Positions 50,921-64,000 of a stretch of 64,000 nt of DNA are shown here, one piece after another; the stretch's first letter is position 1, and the number at the start of each line of letters is the position of its first letter. This stretch comes from Stegostoma tigrinum (lineage: Eukaryota): NCBI RefSeq assembly GCF_030684315.1, contig NC_081369.1, positions 12,748,035 to 12,812,034 on the forward strand, read 5' to 3'. The notes beneath the pieces were generated by a model that worked only from the letters and a program-made list of their open reading frames with translations, made no database searches and had not been told where the DNA came from. The position numbers and the translations under genes were made by a program.

Positions 50921-53165
50921 GTATTTTCTTTGGACCAAAATGTGCCTGGCTATGTTGTGCTATTACTTTAAGTGCATCTGATCTTCAAGCATTCTGCACA
51001 GAACAAGTGCAAATGACCATTTTTCACCAGACATGTGAAGGATTGTTTCTGTTAAAGAGAAGGAACACAAAATAGTTATCACAGAGCTATTAACAGAAAT
51101 AAAGCTACAAGTAAATTTAGCAAAAACATGGTTTCAAAGTTTAGAAAAGTGATTTCCCAAGGCAAGACAATGAAAAAGAAAGTGAACTAATCTTTCATCC
51201 TGTCTCCTAGTTACATTCAGGATTCCTAACAACCACATGAACCAAGTGAAAATCCTTCGAAATGTTTCTCTTATAGGAAACTTGTAGTTGCACGTTAAAA
51301 AAAGTTAACATGGTAAACAGTGACATTTGGAACAACTTATCCAGTTTTTCAGCTTCAATAACATAAAGATAGAGACGGACTGGTTGCAAATATGAAAATA
51401 CATGTTGGTAGCTCTTCAAAGTCCTGATGCATTGACAATGCAGTAAATTGCCTGAAATGTTTACGATCTGATGGGGCAATCACTCAGCCCGAGGAACTCT
51501 CCAATAAAGACTCTTCAACTTGGGCTGGAGCTGAAGATTCGGAAGAATTCAGATGATTTAGTTTAAAAAAGTAGCAAAAGTAAAACCTGCTCAATAACAA
51601 AATTAACAAACCAATCACTCACAATAAACCATCCCTCCATGGCAACTGACCTAGAGGCATCCCTCCCTGACCATCACAGCAGACACCAAATACACACTGT
51701 GTACACCTGAGCACCCCAGCTACCTGACACTTGTGCTGCGGATGTATTCCTCCCACAGTCAGAGCTTTCACCCCTCTGCCATGAATACCCCAACCACACA
51801 GAAACCTAAACTCCAACACGAATTGCCTCACACTGCAAGCCGCCTTGCCCAACTTGTTGACTCCCACCTCTAACTGCCTACCTTACGAACTTAGGACACA
51901 GCATTCTTTCTTATTCACCTGCACAAAAAAAACACCATACATATGCCTGAACCCTAACACCCTGACAGCAGAATCCTGACCCCACAGTGATATCTTCCCT
52001 TAGCCAAAGCAGACTCCAGACACCATTGTAACCGAATTTAATCTTAAAAAAAAAACTTCCCTGTCCCTCCCCACATTCAACTTGTGGGTATATTCTAGCC
52101 TAAAGTAGAAATATTCACATTTACGAGCACTGACATCAGTTTGTCAGCTATGCCTACTCATTAGTCTATAAACATGTCTAATTTTATGCCATCTATGTCA
52201 TTTATTACCATCTGATCAATGTGTCAAATTTGAGAAGGTGGTATTCTGTTCAAATATTAAATTGCTAACGATCATGACGCTATTTGGTCTGCAGCGTGGA
52301 AGTCTAAAACAAGAAATCTTTTTGGGTGATGGGAAGTCAACTAATTTTAAAACTTACTTCAATGTAGACACCGAAATTATTTTTGGATGAAGAACACAAA
52401 TTTTCAGTTATTTGGACTGTACCACAATCTTACCTAAGTGCGCTATAATTACATTATTAACCTCTCCACCTTATTGAAGGACACTGGTAATACACAACAG
52501 TCCCTTTTGTTCAGACAAATGAAAGTTCAGCAAGGCACCTTTTCTCCCAATTCCAGCAGCTGCCATAAACATTTTAGCTATGAAAAGCATTTAGAATAAA
52601 TACCATTCCCGTTCCAAGGTGCGCTCCATGACTAAAACTGCAGTTTCAGTATTTGATGAGTGCAAGAAGAATCCTAACACCTGCAAAAAAAGTCAATCCA
52701 ATTAAATTCTTAGTCAGTAGCAACCATTAACACCTCATTTTTCGCCATTGCCCATTTCAATCAAACAACATCACCTTTGTTTTATATTCTGAAGGATTTG
52801 CTCTTTACTCATAAGTAGGTAGGCATAGAAATCAAACTAAATTTGCAACTTGATGAAATACGTAAACACAGAATTCGCATATTTTTCGATTTTTTTTAAT
52901 TGAAAACTGGGTAATAAGAATTGGCTAACATCCTGGTCTTTAACCACAGTACTGAACTGACTTTGGTAATTTGTTTTCATGACCAGGGCTGCTTACAAAT
53001 ATATTCTGACCAGGAACATAACAACTGAAAATGCACTCAGTTTGTTCTCTCAGCACTTTCTGGAAAGACCAAAGGACAGGCTTTACTGAATTGTATATTA
53101 GGACAGGATTAATTCATGATGGTTGAAAAATGTTCTGGCCCAAACAGGGTCTTCAAAGAGGTGGT

Positions 53166-53292
53166 AAGAACTGCTGATGCTGGAGTCAGAGATAATACAC
53201 TGTGGAGCTGGAGGAACACAGCAGGCCAGGCAGCAGAGGAGCAGGAAACCTGACGTTTAGGGTCAGGACCCTTCTTCAGTTCCATACTCTCA
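53166..53292 (-). mobile_element. Short PLE 3'-end insertion with a hammerhead motif
   Basis: 16-bp TSD tcttcaaagaggtggt at 53150-53165 and 53293-53308. Minus-strand CTGAAGA-AGGGTCCTGACCC-TAAAC-GTC at 53252-53279. Confidence 0.88.
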
Positions 53293-54360
53293 TCTTCAAA
53301 GAGGTGGTTGAGTTCCTAGGCATGCTGGTGTTAATTGCTCAAAATTTGTCAAGAGTCAGGAAATGTTCCATCAGACTGGAATGGAGCAACAACAGCCCCT
53401 CATTTTTTAGGGGTGGGGGATAGTTGGGTGCAGAAAGCAGGAAACAATGGGGTAGTTAGCTTGAATTACGTCATTGGAAATGTAGTACAATGAATCACTA
53501 AAAAAATATGCTTTTAACTGTGCACCGTCCAGTAAAGGAACCCTGGAAGAGTCAGCAAAAGGAAAATTATGTTTAACTGATTTGCTGCAAATCTCTGAAG
53601 GAGTATTCTGCTCTCTGGATAAATGGGAGCTTAATGTATTGTACTTGGAATTCCGGGAGGCATTTGATTTGGTTCTACATGCAAGGTTAATACATAAAAC
53701 AGTAGTTCATGTTGTATGGATATACTGGCCTAAACAAAAAATGAAGCGATAGTGCAGTGGTAGTTTCACCAGGCTGGTGTTCCCAGAACATCAGGTTGGA
53801 TTACAAGCTTGAATCCCACCATGGGAGATGGTGAAACCTGGATTCAATTTAAAAGAACTGAATTAGAAAGCCATCCTAACACCGACCATGAAACCACTGT
53901 CAAATTTCATAAAACTCATCAGGTTCACTAATGTCCTGTAAGGGAAGAAATCTGCCACCTTTGTGGTGACTAAATTTGCAGAAAATACAATGATACATAG
54001 CAAAATATGTTGCGACGAGGGCATAGTCTGCATCCTTGTTATGTGGGTAAGAGTGAGTGAGAGCTAGATGGTGATTTTATTCAAGTACAAGATCATGAAT
54101 GGCCTTAACAACATGCTTGTCAAAAGGGCATTTACTCTCGTGGGCAAGTCCTGAGCTAAAGCTAAAATTAGGAGGTGCCTTTTTAGGGCAGATAAGGGGA
54201 ATATTTTCCCTTGTAGGGTTGAGGGACTTTGGACCTTCTGTCTGGTGGAGGAAACAGCATCTCTGATTATTTTTAAGGTGGAGGTAGGTAGCTTCGTGTT
54301 AGGCCAGGGAATCGAAGGTTTTGGGAATAGTGGGATATCTGAAACACAGAGATCACCACG
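53293..54360 (+). mobile_element. Decayed CR1 fragments
   Basis: KGKLCLTDLLQ and LYLEFREAFD motifs. Confidence 0.6.
53745..53965 (+). mobile_element. tRNA-derived SINE nested in CR1
   Basis: tagtgcagtggtag head and ttgaatcccaccatgg B-box-like motif. Confidence 0.65.
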
Positions 54361-56577
54361 AATAACACTATTAGAGATTCTGTCAAACAATGAATAAAGC
54401 ATAATGCGACTGGGTAGAGTTATAAATGCAGATTTACGTTGACGTCATGCCCTTCACAAGAACAGAACAGCCTAAAATACTTTATCTCGTGAAGTACATT
54501 TGAATCTTAGGAATGTGTGATGAAAGAAACTAAGCAAGTTGACCACAGCCAACGATGACTATGGCCAGTTCAGTTCTTTTAGTGATGTTTATAGAGAAAT
54601 AACACACTAAATTCTTTTCTACATTTGTGTAACATACAAACAATTATGGAATATTCATTATTGATCAATCACTAAACAAATTTCCATCAGGGAACAGGCA
54701 CAAGTTTTTCAAATTCAAATGGTCAGTTAGTTTATGCAGATGTGATTGTTTCTTTCTTGCATGAGCATAACCAGTCTGATGCTACTTGGGGTGTTAACAC
54801 AACCAGCTGATACCACTTAGTGGTCAGTGGAAGACTCAATGCTGCAATCTCATTTCAACGTTGTCCCAACTGCAGGATAACTGGAATCATTGCCAAGTGA
54901 AATTTCAACTTGAGTCTTAGCGTCACCAATTTTTTTTGTCAATTACTTCGCTCATAAAGCATCCAAGTACATCACAAAACATTTCAAAGCAAACATGATG
55001 AAAAATGCAAAATACCACTTCTCAATTGTGCACTTTGCACTCTTTGGTGAATCACTTCAAGAATTCAGCCTGAGGGGTTCTACAATTTACCAGTCCTTGG
55101 TACTACATGGCTGAAAGGCCACAGACAGTGAACGTTTCCCATTATACCTTTGTGGCACTGCCCAAGCTTTAGTGCATTCTTCAGCACATAGTCCTCCTCC
55201 TTGAAATGTGCCAGAACACAACACCGAGAACAATTCTTTGCACTGAAAGGTCACTGAGTTTTAGGCATAGTAAACAGGAGTTTTTTTTTTCCAAAATAGA
55301 GTTGACGATCTTCCAGGCACGGCTGACCTTTGTCTCAGTGCGTGTCCATGGGTACAGCCCCTTGAGTGCAGTCATACAGAGCTGCTTAGGATGAACCTTG
55401 GGGGGTAAAAAAAAATCACTTTCTTTCTTGAAACCTACTTTACACAAGGCACTGAACAGTTCCTGGTAAGAGGCAGCTAATTGTTCTCCTGGTCCCATAT
55501 TAACAAGCACGCAACTAGCATTCATATGCATATTTGCGCAGGTTTTGACCAAGTAAATGTAGCTGGGAGCATAAAAACCTAGTTACACAGGCCTCTCACA
55601 ACTTGATGTGATTGTTGACCAAAATTCAAATCATTTTCTAGAAATTCTTAATTTTCTGAAACATTGCGGAACAGCCATTTAAATTTTACATACTTTTCTT
55701 AAAACATTAAATCCACACCAAAAAAAAAGCAATGATTTCCCGGCATTTGTGCCTTAAAAAATAAATGAAATTTCATGTGCTGAGAAACAGCACTGAAGGC
55801 CAAGATGATTCTGCCACCCACACTGTGATTGAATAAACCAAAGATCCTGAAGTGAGGAAGCACTGTGCTAGTGACCAGATATTAAAGTTGCCTTTAGCTT
55901 TATGCATAATTTGAATATTTTGCAATACATAACTTTTCACTAGGATTAAATTATCAAGAATTCCATGCAGAAAACATTACTATTCTTTCTTACAGGCATT
56001 CCCAAATCTAACCACATATATCCTGCCAGTGACAAAAACAAATCTATTTGCCAAGTTACTGTTGTTTTTGGTATAGAAATGTTGTTTCCCCCTTGGGAAC
56101 TACAGAATGTACTTCCCAACCAAATCCCTCCTCCAACTCTCCATTCCCTCAAGTGCAGAAAGCTTGTGTGACTGGCACTCATTTTGTTGTTAGAACTTCC
56201 TAAGCATTGAGAAGACATTCAGTTTTGAAGTGAAAACATGCTCACTATCATCTGGAATGCAACCTGGGTGTAAGAAGTCATTCTGGAAACTGCTTCAGAA
56301 GACTTGTAATTACACCTCAAACTTTGATTACTGTCCAATGTTAGGTTGTTTAGCAAAGGACTGATTGCTGAGGAAGAAGGATCTAGTGCATGGTGTGTAG
56401 TCACACTTTAGGGCAGTAGTAACTTGTGAAAAAGATCACATCCAGGTCAGCTATATCCTTACAGAAGCAAGGATAAAAATGCACAAATATTTTATAAGGT
56501 CTGACCAATGTTTTTATAATGGCATATTTGATTTCATTCAATTTACTCAATTTTTGTAGTAATTCAACATTCCATTT

Positions 56578-56800
56578 AAGATAGCAAGGTGTAGAGCTGG
56601 ATGAACACAGCAGGCCAAGCGGCTTCAGAGGAGCAGGAAGGCTGACGTTTCAAGCCGAGACCATTCTTCAGAAAGCTTTTCAGATAAGATTTTCTGAAGG
56701 GTCTAGGCCCGAAATGTCAGCCTTCTTGCTCTGTTCATCCAGCTCTACACTTTGTTATCTCAGATTCTCCAGCATCTGCAGTTCCTCAACTACTACCTCC
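56578..56800. mobile_element. Fold-back PLE-derived mini-element with hammerhead motifs on both strands
   Basis: Inverted arms. Minus-strand CTGAAGA-ATGGTCTCGGCTT-GAAAC-GTC at 56644-56671; degenerate plus-strand motif from 56694. Degenerate TSD tcaacattccattt / tcagcatttcattt. Confidence 0.85.
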
Positions 56801-58544
56801 TCAGCATTTCATTTGTTTATTTTGCATCATGCCAAACAATGGCCTTGACTACTATATCCAGAGACTCCTTTCCTGATCTTGGAATGGCAGTAAAACATCA
56901 CACTCAGGTCTCGACTTCGCATGCACTTTAAGGAAGCCTATTTGGCAATTACTTGTTCAGTTCCCAAATAACTTGCACGTCCTGAAGCAGAACCTGACAC
57001 CAACTCCCCTCTTTCCGTGGAACCCAACAACGTCTCTTATCACCCAGGAGTTGATAACGTAACCCTACCCTACCTAAAACTTCTTCACCTCACTGGCCCT
57101 CTTCCCACGTTGTGCCTCAGCACTCTACTCTCGCATTCATTCTATATACTTAGTCTTCAACAAGAGCTGTCAAAGTGGTTGCCTCAGATGCTGGCCATTT
57201 AAATTTTAAAATGTGGTAAATGACTGATATGAGAAAGTGGACAGAGTATGACTCTTCCAAATCCCCGCCAACCAACTATCCTGTACTTCAAGGGCCAAGC
57301 CAGTTTTAAAGTATGCTCCATGTTTCCAAAGCAGCTCATCTGAATCAGTCAGATATGCAAAGTTCTTCACATAATAAAAGAATGCAGAGGCCCAATATTT
57401 CATTGTTCATTCACTAGCACGGTTTTGTGCACTGAGTTCTTAACACTGTTCAGTTAATTCAGTTGGTAGATAGAAGACTATCGCAAAGTATTTAATGCAA
57501 AGTACTATTTTAATTGGCATTTTAACAACATGGAAACTCTCCAGTTAAAAGCACCTAGTGTGCAACCAAAGTAATTGGCTCTGGATAAGGTGGGGTGAAG
57601 GGGGTGGTGGTGGGAGCAGATGTTGGAGTGGTGGTGGTCAATCATCGTCATTCCAACAGCCTACTCTTGGAATGATAGCTCAGAATACTTATTTTGATTT
57701 TATTGATAACATAAGCATAAGATAGCAATCTGCAAAAAAATGCATAATTCAGGCAAATAAAGCAGAGTTGCACTTAAAAATAATCAACTTTTAAAAAACT
57801 GTCTGGCACTACATCCGTGCACATGCAGGAAATGTGTAAAGGCAGAATCTTTTTATTTTCCTATTTTTTGATTGTGGATTGAAATAGGAAAAGGACTGAT
57901 TTAAAAGACTAGGATTATTGCACTTTTTTAAAAAAAAGCAAATTACTAGAAACTCTAGTTTCAGACTTCTGCTGATTTGAGCAAAGGGGAAAAGTCGAAC
58001 TGGAGCCAGGGTGCTGCGCCGAATGCTCTTTGAAATGGTGACCAGTTATCAATGATAAAAAGCCTCCTGCCTGCCAACAAATAGGAGATTGACCCCCAGG
58101 TAGGTGAACAGGTTGGGGATGTGAGTGCTCATAGCAGAAGCCATCAAACCTCTGGATGGGAAGCTGTTAAAAAACAAACACCAAGTTTGGAGATAGCTGG
58201 TTTATTTCCTTTCAGCAATGTGACTGCTAATTGATAAGAAAGAGACTTCAATGAAAGTGTGTACCTGTCACTGTTTCCTTCCTGCACAGACAGTGCTATT
58301 GAACTGCCTTCCCAGCCTTTCCGTCCACCCAAGACATCATGTTTTTTTTGTGTGTAGAGAAGTTCACAGGGATTAGCGTTTTAACCAGTATTGTTATATG
58401 TTGACAATTCGTACCTGTTTCGCTGCAGTCAGAATCTATTGATCTATAACAAATAATAACTCTTGCTAAGCACAGAAACCTGTTCCGTACTTTGTCAACC
58501 TGGGGCCAAAAGACAAATAGATTGGTGATAAGCAAAAGCAAAAT

Positions 58545-58752
58545 ATTGAAAATGCTGGAAAATCAGAAATAAAACAAAATTCTTGACAAACACAGCAGGT
58601 CTGGCATTACAAGTGGGAGAGAAAGAGAGTTATTAAGTCCAGCATGACTCTTCTTTGGAACCAGTTCCTCCCCAGTAATTTAATCTCAGCTTGAAAGAAG
58701 GATGATACTAACTTGAAATGTTAACTGTTTTTCTCTCCACAGATGCTGCCAA
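58545..58752. mobile_element. Older fold-back mini-element, degenerate
   Basis: cagcaggtctggca...gagaaagagagtt versus aactgtttttctctccacagatgctgcc. Confidence 0.55.
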
Positions 58753-59865
58753 GTAATTTGAGGAATTCTGAAAACTTTTATAAAATCTTTAACTTTTGTA
58801 GTGACTTCAGGAAGTGGTGCTTTATTTCCAATAGGTTACACCAAACTTAAGGCACAATAGCTGCTCATGTTGCAATTAAAAGCCTCCTCTTTAACGAAAC
58901 TAGCAGACCTCTGTCAAAGTTTACAAATGAAGTAAAAGTTAAGAGTGCTTCCAAACTGTCCATATAGTGAAATTTTATGGCATAGAAACAGACCATTTAG
59001 TCCAGCCATCCTATACCAGTCTTTATATTTCCCACAAGTTTCAGCATACTGTCAACACATCTTTGTATTCCTATCTCCCTCACTTACTTATCTAATTTTC
59101 TCTGAAATTTGTGCTCTTTCAATTATTCCTTACAGTAGTAGATTGCACATTCTAATTATTCTAGACTTAAACTTTTTCCCAACTTTCTTATTGAATTTTA
59201 CTAGCTTTTTAATAATTATAGCCACAAACTGTGGTGTTGCTCCATAGCAGAACTGTTTTCAACAATGTAAACCCTGTCAAAACCTTTCATTGCCTTAGCC
59301 TCTATCAGGCCATTTTTCTAGAGGGGAGCCCAAACTTAGTAGTTACCACAGCAAAGGATTTGTATAATTTTTTTCATGTAAAAGATTTCCAGTATTTCTC
59401 TATTTTCAAACATAAAGACCAGAAATATCTATAACATTCCAAAGTATGGACCAAAACTTTTTAAATCAGCTTTGGTCACTTTATTAAAAAGCAGAAGGTG
59501 CTACAAATAATGAACTTGGATGAATTACTTCGGACTGATAACCAAATTGGAAGGCAGAATTTTATAGCTCTGGAAGCACATGTCCTCGTAAGTGACTTTC
59601 TGAAACATAACTGGTTAATCCCAATTCGCACATTTTTCAAGCATTGTTTATACTTTGATTCTGCTTTTCCTGCTGTTTCTGGGAGGGCTTCCAGGTACTA
59701 ATACTATTCCATGTAAAATACAATTCCCCTCACCTTCACAGTGCTTTATAAATATATTCACAACAGAGTAAATTACTTCCTTATCCTTAAGTCAAACGGA
59801 TATTTTTTCAATGTATGTTCATTTTCCATTAAAGATATTTTCGAATATTGCCACCATTCCAATGT

Positions 59866-59952
59866 CTGAAGAAGGGTTCTGAGTTGAAACGTCAACTTTT
59901 CTGTTCCTCCAATGCTGCCTGGCCTGCTGTGTTCCTCCAGTTCCAGTGTTAT
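59866..59952 (+). mobile_element. 87-bp insertion starting at the hammerhead core
   Basis: CTGAAGA-AGGGTTCTGAGTT-GAAAC-GTC at 59866-59893. TSD caccattcca at 59852-59861 and 59953-59962. Confidence 0.85.
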
Positions 59953-61224
59953 CACCATTCCATGTTGGCTTTACTTACTCAGGTGTTTTGTATAAACCCC
60001 AAATTCCTTCATTCCATAACAGAGAAAAACGTTTTAAATGAGCAAGGCCCCAAACCCTAAATTTCCCATTTCTTTCTTCCTAAATAAACATAGAGTGAAA
60101 TCAAACAGCAATAATTAGCAGGACTGGTTGAAGAAGGTAGCCATGATGTGATGAATTAATAGAGTGGAAAAGAGCACAAAATGCTAAAGTAAATGAAGTT
60201 GGAAGATAAAGTATTACAGTACAAAGTGATTGGAGACAAATCCAAATTGTTGCATGGTTTCATGTTTCCCTGATTGGAGTTACAATCCTACAGATCATTA
60301 CTGTTTTTTGGGAAGGGTGGATTCTGAGGTGGACCCAAGGGCGGGAAGGAAGTTATCACGGGAAGTCCAACACTTTAATCATACAGGTTTGGAAGCTCAA
60401 AAACAAGTCTCATTCTGCTTGATTGTTTCAACAATTAACCACACTTTGCATACAAGAATGTTGACTTATCAAGACAGTCACATCATGAAACCAAGAATAT
60501 AGCTCCTCGAGGCATTTGCATTAACACAAATTTTACATCAAGATATCATCATTTCACTAATTTGCTTTTATTCTTTTATACCCTGAAATTTTATTTATCT
60601 GGGAAGGTCACCTGTTTATTGGTCAATTACTTCACTTCAATATGCTAAAATGAAGCAACAAAAATGACAGTAAACAACTATTAAACATATAACTAAAATA
60701 AAAGGATAATGAAATTTGGAGCTGTAATTCAAAGCAGAAACAAAAGGAAACCAAATAAAATCTAACTAAGTGGATGTGCAAGCCACGTGGAGGCAAGGAC
60801 AGCCTGTCGGATATTGTACTGTACCTACAACTGTTATTTTATGAACTTACAACTGTCACATCAACAAACTACAAAACTTTATTGTCCTAATCTGCTGAAC
60901 AGGAAGGAATAAGTTTTGTTTCAGAAAAAGAGATGGCAACAACATACTGGAAAAATAACTGTTACAAATGGAGACTCATTTCAGTCACTGTATTTGTTTA
61001 CATTCACCATTGATTTCTCCTGCACTGAAAAAAAAACAACACCTTTGGGCAGGTTTTCATATACTCTGTACCACAGTTGAGCCAACCATAGCTCAGAAGC
61101 ATACAAACAAGAGGATTCAATATGACAAATATGATTTGGAGTGCTGAGTGTTTGGCCAGTAGTCTGGTTAAGTGATTAAGTTTTACAATCATACAGGATC
61201 TGATGGGAATTAGAAGGAAAAATA

Positions 61225-61760
61225 ATGGAAAGTGAATTTAAACTAGGAATGGCAGGGCAGGTGATGTGTTACAAATGTGAAACATGGGAGCTCCTGGATA
61301 ACAGCACGATCTATGACAACCACTTTTGCAATAAGCGATTGCTGCTCTTCAATTTACGTTTTGAGCTACAGGCCAAACTACAGAACTGCAACACAAAGGG
61401 AACATTACCTGGGCATCCTTACTCACACACTTTAAGGGTCTTTGATTTGGTAAATGATCAGGGAAAAGGGTGGGACTGCAAATAAGGTAGAACTACGGCA
61501 GCCTCAGTTTTTGCAAGTCCCCAAAAGGCCCAAGGTGCTTCAAGATTGGATGGGGTGAGGGGGTTAGCGTGGATGAGATTACTGAAAACAGCACCAAAGT
61601 ACAAGAAAGAGTGTGTGCAAAAAGGAACGCGATGACAACACAGTGACCAAGTTGGAATACTTTTCTGCGAAGAGTGAGTGCCCAGCACTGACTGTTACCG
61701 CAAAAGCTCAGGAGATCTGTTCAGGCCTGGATTAGAATCTATCCTAGGTAGGAGCAATTG
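61225..61760 (+). mobile_element. CR1 ORF1 N-terminal remnant
   Basis: MAGQVMCYKCETWEL...HFCNK..LRFELQAKL, a Cys-finger plus zipper pattern. Confidence 0.55.
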
Positions 61761-62479
61761 CAACATGATTGTTTTAACGGCAATTAAAAGGCAAAGAAGA
61801 ATGGGTCCAAAACTAGCATTCTAAATTATGTGCAATTGTGAGGGCATGAAAGCAAAGTGAGCTTAAAGTGAACTGGTTAATTAGGATAAGGAAAAGATCT
61901 GTTGAGATACAACAGCTAACAGTTCAGGGGATAATTCAGACTACTATAAGAAAAGAAGGTTCCAAGGGGAGAACTTGCCATTGGTGGTCAAGTTACAGAG
62001 AATGTCAAATTCAAAGAAAAAAAACATATATAGTAAATGCACCAATAGGACAGGAGTGTGCCAGTTGAGCAAAAATTCCTGTTGATCATAAGGTCCACAT
62101 AATCAATGTAAGAACACACACTAATAGCAGGGGGTGTACACATCATTGCTTTACCCTTTTTAAAACAGCAATCACTTAAATAATAATGCAACTTTATCTT
62201 AAATAAAACTTGCCAACAGAGGGACTTCTCACTCTCACCTTCTACTGACTACTCAGACATTGCAGAGATTGTGATAAAATGGTAACCTTCCAGTGTTTGG
62301 GGTTTATAGCTTTTGCCAGTTTATCAAAAGTACCAGCTCATAAGGTGCCGATTAAAAGGAAGTTTGCTGTAATTACAAAATGGGTGGTAGGCCAACAACA
62401 TTTCTAAATTATTCTTTGCTACTTTTAATGAGACGGGGAAGATTTGAATACAAGTGAAATCTAACTCGAAATACAAAAA

Positions 62480-64000
62480 CACTTCGCAACAATTTGTACA
62501 GATGTTAGACCTATAGAAAAAGGGGAATTAATGGAAAATAAGGAGTTGGTAGATACAATGAACGGGTAGCTTACGTCAATCTTCATTATTAAGAATACAC
62601 AAAATGTAAGGGTTCTTGTGGTAGGGTTGTACTGCTTCTGGCCAGAAAGCTTTGTTTCAAATCCCACCTGCTCCATGTGTGTTTTATGCCTAAATAGGTC
62701 AATTAAAAATATCACAAGAAATAATCCAGAAAGATGAAATTAAAGGGACAGGGGAACCCAAAAAAATCTCAATCACAAGGGAAAGTAGTATGATGGAAAT
62801 TATCAAAACTGCTTGGTTGACAAGACCTCAATGGGATTTCATTCAAGCACTTGAGGTTGATGTATTGACAATAATGTTCCAATATTTCCTAGATTCTCAG
62901 AAAGTTCCTTTAAATTGGATAATAGGAAATATCACTCCTTTACTCAAGTCCATGGGAGAGAGACAGAAGGCAGAAAACTACAAGTCTGACATCTACATAA
63001 AATGATTTGGATGAAGCAGTCAGGGCATGGTTGCTAAAATTTTGTTGATGAAACAAAGTCAAGAAGGAAAGTACACTAGTAAGAAACTGTACTTGTACCA
63101 TACTGGGACTGGAGTCCTTGCGAACTGCATAACTAGGGAAGTAGGTGGGTTATAAACAGTGAGGGCAAAGGCCCAAACTTGGGAAGTTGTGGTCAACTGA
63201 CGAGTAGGGAAAAAGCAAGAGGAAGGAATTAAATGTAGAAGATGACAGACAGTGACAGTAAGAAAGAGAAAATGCAAACCTAAAAGCAAACCAACAGATA
63301 AAGGCCGCAGGTTACAAAAATAAGGACAAAACTTAAGACACTGCTTAAATGCATGCGGCATTCAAAACAAAAACCAATGAACTGCTACAAGCTAAGTACA
63401 TTCCAGTAGCCACTGAGATGTAGCTGCAGAATGGCCTAGATTGGGACCGAATGATGAAGGGGTACGTGACAGTTAGGAAGGATAGGTAGTGAGGCAAGCG
63501 TAGAAGAATTGCTCTCAATTAGAAATGATATGAGCATAATTCAAAAAACCAGGATATGGAAGTGTCTTGCTACAGACAAGTAAGAACAAAGGCAGACAGT
63601 TATTCGTGGGATTCATGCGTAGTCCACCAGCAAGCAACCACACATTGGGTCAGGATATCAAAGGAAGAAATAATGGGAGATTGACAAAGTGTACAGAAAT
63701 TATCATGGGGGATTTTAACCTACATATAGGCTGGAAAGAATCAGACAGGAGAAAGTCTACAGGAGGAACTGAATCAATGTCTTCGTGACAACTTCTTAGG
63801 TCAGCAAGTTACAGTGCCAACCAGAGAGCTGGCGAAACTAAATGTGATTTTAACCAATGATACTGGATTAATTACTAACCTCAGTAAAAGCAGCCCTGGG
63901 TGGCAGTGAGAATATGACTGAATTTCAAACAGTTTGAGTAAGAGAAGGATGACTTCCTGCTCACTACTTTGAGTTTAAACAAGTACAAATATGACAGCAT
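62480..64000 (+). mobile_element. CR1 ORF2 fragments (post-endonuclease linker 62480-63000; APE endonuclease 63330-64000)
   Basis: VPLNWIIGNITPLLK and RSPP...IIMGDFNLHIGW. Confidence 0.75.

Overview
Eukaryotic (vertebrate) genomic DNA. The repeat content suggests a cartilaginous fish, probably a shark (inference). The window lies inside the CBFB gene (core-binding factor beta, the RUNX partner) on the minus strand. Two coding exons are unambiguous: the equivalents of human exon 4 (23220-23336) and exon 5 (19465-19560). Exons 1-3 and the canonical last exon were not found and probably lie outside the window. The rest is intron, filled with decayed CR1-type LINEs, SINEs, a Tc1/pogo-type MITE, two possible solo LTRs and many Penelope-like elements (PLEs; RT plus GIY-YIG). 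The most striking pattern is a set of more than 10 PLE-related insertions carrying minimal hammerhead-ribozyme motifs (CTGANGA...GAAAC-GTC). Several are tiny (about 90-220 bp), have their own target-site duplications (TSDs), and some fold back on themselves with ribozyme motifs on opposite strands. One insertion begins at the predicted self-cleavage site. Other candidates are an alternative CBFB C-terminal exon, a poison exon, a RUNX/ETS intronic enhancer and local templated duplications. Boundaries of old repeats are approximate and were read by eye.
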